Part shown: one piece after another, positions 38,429 through 51,687 of the stretch
Layout: each line of letters starts with the position of its first letter
Numbering within the stretch: position 1 is the first letter of the stretch
DNA from: Octopus vulgaris
Lineage: Eukaryota
Direction: 5' to 3'
Assembly: GCA_951406725.2 (NCBI GenBank)
Contig: OX597824.1
Location: forward strand, 66,712,001 to 66,776,000
Length of the DNA: 64,000 nucleotides
The notes under the pieces: generated by a model
What the model saw: only the letters and a program-made list of their open reading frames with translations
Databases searched by the model: none
Told to the model about the DNA's origin: nothing
Translations under genes and position numbers: made by a program

Positions 38429-38502
38429 GTTCTCTTATATATATATATGTATATATATATGTTCTCTTATATATATATATATATATGTTCTCTTATATAT
38501 AT

Positions 38503-38795
38503 CATGTGATCACGTGACCGACCGGGCTATCAGATGTTGTTACACATTGCTGGTCACAATGCGTTCGCATTGTTTTAGCCTTCGAATGACGCCACCCCGC
38601 TGGCTAAGCGAGCAGGCCAACAGAAGAAAGAGTAGGAGAAAGTGTGGTGAAAGAGTACAGCAGGGATCACCAGCCCCTCGTGGAGCTTTTTAGGTGTTAT
38701 CGCTCAATAAACACTCACAACGCCCGGTCTGGGAATCAAAACCGCGATCCTACGACCGCGAGTTCGCTGCCCTAACCACTGGGCCATTGTGCCTC

Positions 38796-38797
<2 letters not shown>
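38503..38797 (-). mobile_element. tRNA-derived SINE family C (second copy at 53955-54265, +)
   Basis: ggaggcgcaatggcccagtggttagggcagcg...ggtttcgattcc (A and B boxes). Confidence 0.8.
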
Positions 38798-38847
<50 letters not shown>

Positions 38848-39221
38848 ATTGATCATTGATGCCTTTGTTTATGAATTATTGTGTGTGTGTGTAAATATAT
38901 ACATATGTGTGCATGTGTGTTTTCTCCCTAAGTTATTATATTGGTTCTTAAGTATGCATTCATTGTGGTCAGAGGTTACTTAATCATATATCATTTATAT
39001 TAAGTTACAAAAGTATGTTTAATACTTTTGCGATCATGTTTGCTCATGTTTCTATGTTTATACTTGTAGATGTGTGTGTATACATATATACTATCTATTT
39101 ATGTATTAGTATTCTTTTGTTCTTTTACTTGTTTTAGTCATTTGCCTGCAGCCTTGCTGGGGCACCGCCTTTAGTCAAACAAGTTGACCTCAGGACTTAT
39201 TCTTTGTAAGCCTAGTACTTA

Positions 39222-39767
39222 CAGTTCTATATTTAAGAGATGAGTAATTATGTACATTATTTACATTATTTACATTTGACGGATATTTGTCCTCATCTTG
39301 TTTGTTGTTAACACAACATTTCGGCTGATATACCCTTCAGCCTTCATCAGGTGTCTTGGGGAAATTTCAAACCTGGGTTCTCATTACTAAGGTATTTTTC
39401 GATGTCATCATCATCATCATCATCATCACCATCACCATCACCACCATCACCACCACCACCACCACCACCACCACCACCACCACCACCACCACCACCACCA
39501 CCACCATCATCTTCATCATCATCATCATCATCATTATTATTCAGGTCACTGCCGGGAATCGACCTGGGAATCTTGGGGTTAGTAGCCCGCACTCTTAACC
39601 ACAACACTATATGCTCTTAACCACTACGCCGTCGAAAAATATCTTAGGAATGAGAACCCAGGTTCAAAATTTCTCCAAGACACCTGATGAAGGCTGGAGG
39701 ATATATCAGCCAAAACGTTGTGTTAACAACAAACAAGGTGAGGACAAATATCTGTCAAATGTAAATA
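39222..39767 (-). mobile_element. tRNA-headed, hammerhead-bearing retroposon with an inverted partial copy; 14-bp TSD
   Basis: TSD AAGCCTAGTACTTA (39208-39221, 39768-39781); tRNA-like head 39545-39630(-); HHR cores at 39310-39354(-) and 39680-39724(+). Confidence 0.8.
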
Positions 39768-39909
39768 AAGCCTAGTACTTATTCTGTTGGTTTCTTTTGT
39801 AGAACTGCTAAGTTACAATGATGTAAACACACCAACACTGGTTGTCAAAGTGATGGAGTAGGGACAAACACAGACACACACATACAAATATATGCATACA
39901 TACAAACAT

Positions 39910-39957
<48 letters not shown>

Positions 39958-40054
39958 AGGGCTGCCATAATTTTTCCGCCAACCAAATCCACTCACAAGG
40001 CTTTGGTCGGCCCGAGGTTATAGCAGAACCATGTGGTTAGGAAGTAAGCTTCTT

Positions 40055-42039
40055 TATTTCATATAATTTGCCACAAGGGCATTACACAGATGGAAGCTTT
40101 GCGGGCTGGACATGAACATTAATGGTAAGAATGATGTTGATGCAAAAATGATGATGATGGGAGAAGTCGAAAAGCACCCGCCGACTTTCACTTCTCTAAA
40201 ACAATGTTCTTTTTTCCTTTTTCCCCCAAAACACAATGAGGCAATAAACCTCTTATTTAAATAACACAATGTTCAGAAAAACACACAAAAAGTCACATGT
40301 TTCACATTTTCTAGACTCGTTCAGGTTATCCGGCTGACCAGTATCCTTGCTTCATTGAAGCATGCACCCGGTTCCAGGCCGGACCACACAGGTATAAGTT
40401 TATAGGAGTCCTCCGGGAAGGAATTCATGATCCTGCACAGATCACTATCCCATAGGACCTCCGCAGCCACCTGCGAAGGCCACTCAGGATACTCCGTGCA
40501 GGGCAGAAGTCCCTCCCATCGGCCTCTCCTTTCCATTTTCTTTACTTCGTTTTTTATTGTTCCTCCTTTGTGGAAGAGGACCACATATTCATCCTCCAGC
40601 GGCACACCCGCCGGAGGAGAATTGGGGCACACCGGCAGCGTGTCACAACCCACCGGCGATGTCCCGTTTTTCTTCTTTTCTTTTTCCCTTGGGCCGCGGG
40701 AGGGTGAGGTTCCTGTGACGCACGCAACAGGTCCTCCTTCTCTCCCACAGCCCTCGGGTCCTCCGGTGGGCAACGATTGTTGCCCACCTTTCGTTTTCGT
40801 TTTTTCGAGGATGTAGAAATCTCCTCGTCATCATCCTTCTTTTCTCCCTCCATTGAGGGAGCAGGGAGAGATTCCACTATTAACTGCACCCGGATCCTAT
40901 TTTGGTCCTTGGGGCAGTTTTTCTTAATGGGGCCGGTGTCCAGGCACAGGTGACACTTGGGGGGGGGGGCGTCCCTCGAGCATCACCGGATACCTAGACC
41001 CGGCCATCCTCAAAAAATCTGGAAAGATCAGACTTTCGGCTGATTGGGTCCATAGGGTCAAAACAGCTTTTGACCCCTCCCAATCAGCCGCAGGCAACAC
41101 TTTCACATTAAGCAGCTTGGTACTGCTACCACCCAGACCCTGGCAGATAGAGTCCTCTATCCACTCGGGCTCAACTCCGGGTGGCAAACCGCAGATCCAA
41201 GCTCTCAATAATTTCTTTCCACAGTAACTTGGAAGAAATATTATTTCCTCGCCCTCGAGGGGCTGACTTGCAAAATCACAAGCTTCTTGGGGGGAGTCAA
41301 ATAGCAACCAGACCATTGCATACTTGACTCCCCGTGAAATAAATTTAATGGCTGGCATGTAATCTGCCAGCTCATTCAAAATTGTGGCCCTCAGGAAGAC
41401 AGCTATGGTGTCGAGCGACTTTGAATAAGTCCTCAACACCACCGTCTTCCTTTCAAGCTCTTTTAACCATTTTTTGGGAGGTGTTAAGTCCCACACAAGA
41501 AATTCCTTCGCCATTTTTAAATAAAGTTCAAATATAGTTCAAAAATAGAAAAATGAGGAAAGACAAAAAAAAAAAGGAGAAGGAAACACACAACAGAAGG
41601 GAAGAAATAAAATAAAAATAACAGTTAAAAAAAAGTTCTTTTTTTTTTTAAAAAAAAAAATTAAAGCTTTGAAGAAGAGAGTTCAAATCCAGGCAAAGAA
41701 ATAAATTAATTTTCGGCCGAAAAGGTACTCCTGGCCAATAATCCACTGGTAAAAAATAATTTCTCACAATTATGTGAGAACACGCACATGTCTCCACCGC
41801 AAGGCAGACAAAAAGCTTCGAATCCAGTAAGGACTCCTTGCTAGTACAAAAAAAAAAAGAAAAAAAAACCCTACAAGCAACAAATCCTACTGGATTTACC
41901 TTACAGTAGAGCATCTTTCAGTTCAACTTTCGCCAGCTGCATACCAGCGTGACGACTTTAACAGGTGCATGAAGAACACTGTTTTTGTTTTTTCTTTTTA
42001 GGACAGAGCTCAAAAGCTAGCCGTCTTCACTGTTCAACC
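40055..42039 (-). mobile_element. ORF1-only non-LTR retroelement (L1/Tx1-like) with 15-bp TSD
   Basis: TSD GGAAG(T/C)AAGCTTCTT (40040-40054, 42040-42054); the interrupted SINE rejoins across it; 3' end has AATAAA. Confidence 0.8.
40321..41514 (-). pseudogene. Gag-like ORF1 with RRM-like region and zinc knuckle, frameshifted
   Basis: ATG at 41514; ..AWICGLPP..VMLEGRPP, then a frameshift in a G-run to KCHLCLDTGPIKKNCP (CCHC-like, H>P); basic linker; second shift; stop at 40321. Confidence 0.72.
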
Positions 42040-42090
42040 GGAAGCAAGCTTCTTACCACACTGCCACTCTTGCACTTAAAATATTTATAT

Positions 42091-42130
<40 letters not shown>

Positions 42131-42202
42131 AAAATAATTATTTATATATATATATTATATAAATAAGTATTTATATATATATATATATATTATATAAATA
42201 AG

Positions 42203-42242
<40 letters not shown>

Positions 42243-42248
42243 CTTATT

Positions 42249-42279
<31 letters not shown>

Positions 42280-42538
42280 AATACTTATTTATATAATATA
42301 TATTATATAAATAAGTATTTTCAAAGTAGAAAAAATGTACAGATTTTTTCTCTTACGAGGTTTTTCATGCTAACTACTTGATAATTTCTTATAAAGATTT
42401 TATCCTTATTTTTAAATATATATATATATTATATAAATAAGTATTTTCAAAGTTGAAAAAATGTACAGATTTTTTCTCTTACGAGGTTTTTCACGCTAAC
42501 TACTTGATAATTTCTTATAAAGATTTTATCCTTATTTT

Positions 42539-42588
<50 letters not shown>

Positions 42589-43202
42589 GTTTCTGAAAAG
42601 TTCCTGACTTGTGGATGTGTGTGTATACATATATATTATCTATTTATGTATTAGTATTCTACGTTTAAATATTTGTTGTGCAAGATTTTTTATGTGAAGT
42701 CGTGTGTTGAAACAGATATTGTTATATTTAGGAATATATAATATGGCTAAACTGGCAATATGACCATTCCTAAATATAACAATATTAGTATTCTTTTGTT
42801 CTTTTACTTGTTTTAGTTATTTGCCTGCAGCCTTGCTGGGGCACCTCATTTAGTCAAACAAGTTGACCTCAGGACTTATTCTTTGTAAGTCTAGTACTTA
42901 CAGTTCTATAATTAAGAGATGAGTAATTATGTACAAAAGAGTGATTGGAGGCTCAAATTTTTAAGTTCTTTCCCAGGGCTTAGAAAAACTGAAGGGCTGC
43001 TGCAATAAGTGTGTGAATTTGAGAAAAGAATATCCTGAATAAAGCCATAATTAACTGATCCTCCTGTATCTTATTTTATCTAAATCCAAGAACGTTTCAG
43101 CAACCACTCATATATATATATATATATATGTATGTATATATATATGTATGTATATGTATATATATGTATGTATAAACATACATACATACATACATACATA
43201 CA

Positions 43203-43238
<36 letters not shown>

Positions 43239-44920
43239 TATAAATATGAGGGGATGTTGAAAAGTTCTTGGCTTTAGGTAAAATAAAATACAGGACGATC
43301 AGTTAATTATGATATATAATGGGCATCTTTCAGTTTTTGTCTGCCTCATGCATTCACAAGACTTTGGTTGACTCGGGGCTATAGTAGAAGATACATGCCC
43401 ATGATAACTCACAGTAGGGTAGAATCCAAAGCCATGTGATTTGGAAGCAAACTTCTTAAACATACAACTATGTGTGCATCCAAGTTTGGATTTGGGTTAG
43501 TTAAAATTTGAGTTAAAGTTTGTTTAGATTCCTGTTTTGGGTTTCCTTTGAAGTTCATGTAATACTGCAGTTTCATAGCATTTATATTTCATTTAAAAAT
43601 TTCATCTTGATATATTTTCTGGCTAACGTTTAATTCTGACATTGATTTTCATTTTCTCTTTCTCTGTATTTTCATTTTCACTTAATTGATGTTTCATTTA
43701 AATTTAGCAGTAAAAGGAGTGCCTGATGTGTTTCTTAGAGCTTTCTTGATGTGGATGAGGAGAGAGTTGGATAAAATTTCAAATTAATTTTTATTTTCAG
43801 TTTGAGTTGTAGCTCCCATGGTATGAGGTCATAAACCTCAAGGTCTACAAAGAAAGCATACACCTCTTGGCAATATTTCCAAGAATATAGGGTCAACATC
43901 AGGTCGATTGTGCAACATCTAGGAAGGGAGACACACTGTGCTTTAGTTAGATTTGGGTTGGTAATTTCCTTAAATCTTGTTTCCAAGCATCTAGCAGATG
44001 CTCATCAAAGAATGTCTAATGACAATTGCTTCTGATAGGACCCTATGGAGGAAGTACCTGAGGACTCTATCCCCATGACCCTCCCAAATATAGAGGAGAG
44101 AGAAGATGGATGGAGGGAGGGAGAGGAGGATTTTCTATTCGTGATTTAGTTTAAATTTCAATTAATATTTCTAGAGGGATGGTCAGATGATAGTCGGATT
44201 TCAGTTTGTTAATGAAATGAGCTTGAAAGAATGAACTTCAGATCCATCCAAACACTGATATTTGCTTCCAGTTGTCCAACTAACCATGCCAGGAGCTGTT
44301 TGCCATTTGTTATATCAGAGGATCTAGTTGGGAAATGGTGAAAATTGGCATCAAGAAGGTTATCTCGTTGTTGAAAACTCTACTCCAATGTATTCCCATA
44401 TGACCCATGACAGCATGGAAAAGAAGACTTTAGGACTTTAAAACAATGATGACGATTATGATGATCTTTTATATTCATACTGCAAACACAGTAAAAATCT
44501 CTCATACAAATTAAAAATCTTTGTGTCTGATTGTGTCTGATAACTTTTGATGGAAACCACACGTTTGTGATATTATCAAGCTGTTTCCTGGATGTTAAGA
44601 TTACTCTTAGAAGATAAAAAGTGTCTCATATTTAAACAGATGCTGGCCTTGTAGAAGGCCAGCATCTGTTTAGATACATACAATAGAAGAGTACATTTTA
44701 CATATCTGTTTACTGTTTACATACCTGGAACAGTCCTATTTCATTTATTTTCACATTCTGTGTTCAAATTCTAACGAGGTTGGCTTTGCCTTTCATCCTT
44801 TTGGGGTTGATAAATTAAATACCAGTTGAACACTGTGGTTGATGTAATTGACTAGCCCCTCCCTCAAAGTTTCTGGCCTTGTGCCAATAGTAGAAAGGAT
44901 TATTGTTATTATCATTATTA

Positions 44921-44967
<47 letters not shown>

Positions 44968-45232
44968 ATCATCATGGTGGTGGGCTGACAGAATTGTCAG
45001 CATGTCTGGCAAAATGTTTAACAGTATTTTGTCTGTTTTTATATTCTGAGTTCAAATTTTGCCAAGGTTTACTTTGCTTTTCATCCTTTCAGGGTCGATA
45101 AAATAAGTACCACTTGAACACTGGAGTCGATGTAATTGACTCATCCCCTCCCCCAAAATTGTTGCCCTTGTGGCAAAATTTGAAACCATTCTTCTTCTTC
45201 TTCTTCTTCTTCTTCTTCTTCTTCTTCTTCTT

Positions 45233-45313
<81 letters not shown>

Positions 45314-45316
<3 letters not shown>

Positions 45317-45930
45317 TAGTTTTATTTTTATAGCGTCCTATCACTTCACTACTGAGCGCAGCTCTGTGTGCCTTGGGTATGTGCTGTGATTTGTTGTGAT
45401 GCTCTGATGGTTATTGTATGGAAAGTGTTCTGCGTAGGATGTGTGCAGTGCCTAGTAGTGCAATTTTCTGTATGTTATATGTGTTTGTAAGTCCTGGTGT
45501 TTTTGTTATGTATTTGTCTGAATATTTTTTTATCATGCCTAATGCACCTACTATGATAGGAATTGTTTCTGTTTTCAGGTTCCACATTCTAGTTACCTCT
45601 ATTTCCAGGTCTTTGTATTTTGAGAGTTTCTCCATTTCTTTTAGAGACACGTTGTCATCTGCCGGTATTGATACATCAATTAGAAAGCATTTTTTTCTTC
45701 ATGATCTCTGACAACTATATCTGGTCTGTTGGCCTTAATTTCTCTATCTGTGTGTATCGGCATATCCCAGAGTATGGTTGCTTTCTCGTTTTCTGTGACC
45801 TTTTCTGGTGTGTGCCTATACCATCTTTTTTCTGTTGTTATTCCATAATGTTGGCATAGCTTCCAATGTATGTAGGTTCCAACTCTGTCATGTCTGTGAA
45901 TATATTCCTTCTTAGCCAGGACATGGCAGC
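45314..45930 (-). mobile_element. R4/Dong-clade LINE 3' fragment (restriction-like endonuclease) in (TAA)n
   Basis: C..LAKKEYIHRHDRV..ILWD..NRPDIVV..LIDVSIP..EKLSKYKDL..PIIVGALG; one frameshift; (TAA)n on both sides. Confidence 0.9.
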
Positions 45931-45972
<42 letters not shown>

Positions 45973-46194
45973 TAGGCAAGCTGGCAGAAACGTTAGTATG
46001 CTGGGCGAAATGCTTAGCAGTATTTCGTCTGTCTTTATGTTCTGAGTTCAAATTCCACCGAGGTCGACTTTGCCTTTCATCCTTTTGGAGGTTGATAAAT
46101 TAAGTACCAGTTGCTTACTGGGGTCGATCTGATTGACTGGTCCCCTTCCCCAAAATTTCGTGCCTTGTGCCTAGAGTAGAAAAGATTATTATTA

Positions 46195-46237
<43 letters not shown>

Positions 46238-46832
46238 CATAATTGTCATCATTATCATTAACATCATTATCATTATTATCATTTGCAATCTATCCTGTAA
46301 CTTTTTCTTCTTTCTTTTATTATAGTTACTTATTTAATTACTATCAGAAATAATAACAGAATTTATGCCTTTGAAATTCGTTATACTATTATTTTAGCCT
46401 CACTTTTTTGTGTCAATAATATTATGACCCACTACAAACACTCCTAGAGTAAAGGAAGGATAGAAATGAGGATGAGTAGGTGAAATACAATTTAACTGAC
46501 CTACTATGAGAACCCAGTCAGAATGATTGACCTTTTACTTGTTTCAGTCATTTGACTGTGGCCACGCTGGGGCACTGCCTTGAAGGGTTTTAGCTGACCA
46601 AATCAACCCCAGGACTTTTCTTTTTTTAAGTCAAGTACTTATTCTATTGGACTCTTTTTGCCAAACAGCTAAGTTATGAGGACATAAACACACCTAGACT
46701 GCTTGTCAAGTGGAGGTGGGGAGACAAGAACACACACATACATAGTTCAAATTTTCCAAAAAACAAAGGACAAGGACAGATGAGGGAACTACTAGCAGGT
46801 GTATTAGTTTGATGCTCGGGAAGAATGGAAAT

Positions 46833-46883
<51 letters not shown>

Positions 46884-47691
46884 TAATTAAAAATGAGGGT
46901 GTCTAAAAGACACCAACATGCCGAAATAGCAGTCGAAACACTGACTATAGTACCACGTTAAATGTTCACATCGCACCATGAGGTAATGAATAATTCAAGA
47001 TCCAAGGATTTCTGGTTCTGCTTTAGATAAGCTTTACTGTCATCAATTGAATATATCAAGGGTACATAAATACAGATATATATATGCACAGCAAACGATA
47101 TACTTACATATACGAGCGTCGTACATACATACATATGCACGTATGGACACTTGATAATTTCGACACTTAAATATCGATATTATCCTCATATATAAATTTA
47201 TATACATATATATGTATGTATGTATATTTCCATTCTTCATGAGCATCAAACTAATTGATAGATAGAGAGATAGATAGAGAGATAACTAGATAAATAAATA
47301 GATGCATACATCCATACATGCATAATATATATGTATATACAGATATAGATATGTACATACATACATATATGGTCAGACCCCTTTCGGTCATAACTGACCA
47401 TGGGATTGCACCTTGAAAGTAATCCTCCGGGCAAGGTTGTTTATGGAAGTCCAGCAGTCGCCCATGCATACCGCCCTCCGCTCTCCACACCATTGATGTT
47501 ATCCAAGGGAAAGGCAAAGGCTGATATAGCTCAGCACCTGTGACGTCATAGCTCATTTCTACGGCTGAGTGAACTGGAGCAACATGAAATAAAGTGTCTT
47601 GCTCAAAAACACAACATGCAGCCCGGTCCAGGATTTGAACTCACAACCTCACGATCGTAAACTTGATGCTCTAACCACTGAGCCATGCGCC

Positions 47692-47826
<135 letters not shown>

Positions 47827-47850
47827 CATATATATATACATATACATATA

Positions 47851-48758
47851 CTACCTAAAGAAACACCTTTCTACACTCCCTTTGACTGCTTTCAACCTTC
47901 TATTAATCTTCCCCTACTAATTTTCAAAAAATCACGTTGTCTACCCATGTTTCATTTCTCAGTCTCTGCCTTCACCACTGCTTCATTCACAAAGGTTTCC
48001 ACCTCCATTTCCATCCCACTTTCCACTCTGCTTCAGCTATCCTATCCATATTCCATACTACCCCCTACCGCCTTATGCCTGCCACCATTCATACCAATGT
48101 CTCCAAAATACACACCATCAACCGCCTTCTCCCTCTTGCTTATTCTATCTTTTTCTCCTCTCTTTCCCCTTCCTATGCACACTCCACTTTATGCTACATA
48201 ATCCATGTAAATCATCTCTTCCATGAATTTCTCGCTCGCACTAAACATCATAAACTCCACTCACTCCTCCATTCCGTCACACTCGATGCCACTACACCAC
48301 CCCTCTCCTCCGATATGCTTCCCCCTCATCCTCACCCCAAATCCTCTGTCACTACAACCCCCACACACTTACCCCTCCTCTCTCTCCTCCCAGCCTTCCA
48401 CTACCTCACCACCCCTCCCACATCTAACCCATCCACCCCTCCCACATCTAATCCATCTATCCCTCCCACATCTAACCCATCCACCTCACCCCACTTCAGT
48501 CTGTTGTTACCATTGTTTTGGGATCACCAATACTTTATTATCTCCCCTTCTTCCTAGCTCTCCTGTCTAACTGTCAGCCAGTCACCATAATTGACAGTTT
48601 TTTTTTATTATCTCTCTGTTTATTTCCTTGTGTTCCTTTCTGTTGAAGAGCGTAGACTCGAAACATAAAATACTTTCTCACCTTTCTGAGCATCAAACTA
48701 ATACACCTGCTCGTTGTTTATAAACCTGTCTTCATCTTGTTTTTCTGTAAATTTCAAC

Positions 48759-48760
<2 letters not shown>
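47851..48760 (+). mobile_element. C-rich PLE-like 3' relic ending in a degenerate HHR-like motif; related tails at 25775-25930 and 46743-46830(-)
   Basis: Shared gaagagc..gctcgaaac motif and ctgagc(a/g)tc.aa.taata tail, bounded by (TA)n. Confidence 0.5.
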
Positions 48761-48801
<41 letters not shown>

Positions 48802-50133
48802 CGCAGGAGTGGCTGTGTGGTAAGTAGCTTGCTAACCAACCACATGGTTCTGAGTTCAGTCCTACTGCGTGGCATCTTGGGCAAGTGTCTTCTGCTATAG
48901 CTCCGGGCTGACCAATGCCTTGTGAGTGGATTTGGTAGACGGAAACTGAAAGAAGCCCGTCGTATATATGTATATATATGTATATGTATGTGTGTGTTTG
49001 TGTGTCTGTGTTTGTTCCCCTAGCATTGCTTGACAACCGATGCTGGCGTCACTTAGCAGTTCGGCAAAAGAGACCGATAGAATAAGTACTGGGCTTACAA
49101 AGTCTTGGGGTCGATTTGCTCGACTAAAGGCGGTGCTCCGGCATGGCCGCAGTCAAATGACTGAAACAAGTAAAAGAGTAAAGAGTAAAAGAGTATATAT
49201 ATATACACACACACACATACATGCATACATATATATATATATATATATACATACATGCATACATACGTACATATATATATATATATATATATATACGATG
49301 GGCTTCTTTCAGTTTCTGTCAACCACATTTACTCACAAAGCTTTGGTATGTGCATGGCTACAGTAGAAAACTGTTACCTCAGTAACTTTCTCAAGAATAG
49401 TGGGTGGGAGAGATGGATGGATATTGTAGGTGATGCTTGCAAGTTGTTATAATTGGTCAATGTTGTCATGATATTAGTATTTCATTGATTTATCAAGACT
49501 ACTTTCATGAAATACAGAAAGAGCGAAACTTGTAAATTAATAGAGAAAGTAATTTTGTTGTGTCTAGAGAGAATCATCATGCCAATATAATTAATACACA
49601 TCATCATCATCATCCTCATCATCATTTAGCGTCCACTTTCCATGCTAGCATGGGTTGGACGGTTCAACCGGGATCTGGGAAGCCAGGAGGCTGCACCAAG
49701 CCCAGTCTGATCTGGCAATGTTTCTACGGCTGGATGCCTTTCCTAACGCCAACCACTCTGTGAGTGTAGTGGGTGCTTTTTACGTGCCACCAGCACAGGT
49801 GCCAGACGGGGCTGGCAAACGGCCACGGTCGGATGGTGCTTTTTACGTGCCACCGGCACGGGGGCCATTGTTCAATTCTATTTATTTAATAAAGCCAGTA
49901 TGTGAAAAATATAATGGCCTGATAAACTCTCTAGACACATCAAAGTCTGTCTCAACATACAAAAATTCATATAAAGAATCTTGCAAACCAGATATAAAAG
50001 CAAAGAAAAGTTTAATATTTTCCAAGAATGTACTGAATAGGTCAGAAGAATAAGAAAAACAACATCTGAAAGCAGGATGTTTGCATAACAACTACAAATT
50101 TGTATATGCAAAAATAACATGTGTGTTTGTGTT

Positions 50134-50232
<99 letters not shown>

Positions 50233-50544
50233 TGTACATTGAGATATATAGATATAAATAAAAATTTAGAAATTCCAAATAATCATACAAGTTATCTGCT
50301 TTCATACAATCATATTTATTTTTGTGACAAATATTTTCTTAGAAAATGATATTAATCAATAAGTCAATAGATATCCTGCAGTCCATATTTGAAGATAAAC
50401 AAAATGCAGCTTTGAACAAATGAACGAACATACACATGCTTGCAAGCAGGCATGCATACACACATGTGCATGCACACACACACATGCATGCACACACAGA
50501 CGCATGCATGCACGCACACACACACACACACACACAATAAACGT

Positions 50545-50912
50545 GCTTTGCTGTTGTTCAACCGTTCCGAGCAAGGCCTCATCTTCCAAAACAGATGGTT
50601 TGTCATTGAGGTTGGTGTCACCTTCCTTGAAATTTCTGAACCAGTTTTGTGCCTCGCATTCATTAACAGCTCCTGGGTCTTCCATACCATTAATTTCTTT
50701 TGCTGTTGTCCTTGCACTCAGTTCTTTTTATCACTGGATAAAATGGGTCTAATTGGAATTTTTTCACCACTCATTATCAAAGCTGTAAGATAAAGAATAA
50801 ACAGTTTAACATTGATTGGACAACAAGTTTATTACTTTAATGATATAGCATGGAAATAATATTTGCCAAAAATCCCCAATGAAAATCTGGAAAAACTTTG
50901 ACTCAACCTAGT
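50545..50912 (-). mobile_element. Mariner N-terminal relic
   Basis: GAVNECEAQNWFRNFKEGDTNLNDKP resembles the mariner HTH region. Confidence 0.6.
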
Positions 50913-50959
50913 ATATTATATATGTGTGTGCATGTGTGTGTGCTTGCATGTGTGTATGT

Positions 50960-51002
<43 letters not shown>

Positions 51003-51122
51003 CGTGTGTGTGTGTGTAATTTTGTTATAAAGATACATAAGAATTTGAGATAGACAAGGAGATAGATAGGCAGAAGGACAGACAGACTGACATATATACA
51101 TACAAACAGACAGGCAAGCAGA

Positions 51123-51687
51123 TAGAGACTATCTTGGTTACAGCTGGAGCCTGTATTAGTCTAGACCTCATCTCATAAAATGTCTCTCAAATTTCTTTTT
51201 CTAAGTAATCTGTTTTCTAATGTTCAGGCTCATTCAAAGACAGCATTTTGTAAGGAAGCTTTCAGACCTCTTTCTCTCTCTCACTTGGACAAATGTTTGT
51301 ATCTTCTAATGCTGTCCCACTTTCCAAAATATGTTACTGGATATATGTTCACATATAAGTGAATATATATCCAGTAACATATTTTGGTAAGTGGGACAGC
51401 ATTAGAAGATACAAACATTTGTCCGAGTGAGAGAGAGAAAGAGGTCTGAATATGTGAACATATCCAGTAACATATTTTGGTAAGTGGGACAGCATTAGAA
51501 AATACGAACATTTGTCCGAGTGAGAGAGAGAGAGAGAAAGAGGTCTGAAAGCTTCCTTACAAAATGCTGTCTTTGAATGAGCCCGAACATTAGAAGACAG
51601 ATTACTTAGAAAAAGAAATTTGAGACACATCTTATGAAATGAGGTCTAGACTCATACAGTCTCCAGCTGAAACCAAGATAGCCTCTA
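51123..51687. repeat. Fold-back inverted repeat (~230-bp arms) with an internal ~90-bp tandem duplication
   Basis: ORFs 51180(+) and 51349(-) mirror each other; centre gttcac-atataa-gtgaat. Confidence 0.9.

Noticed and set aside
39545-39630. Possible tRNA gene (ACT anticodon)
   Set aside because: No clean acceptor stem, duplicated A box, and lies inside a TSD-flanked insertion; it is a SINE head. The same applies to the other A/B-box motifs.
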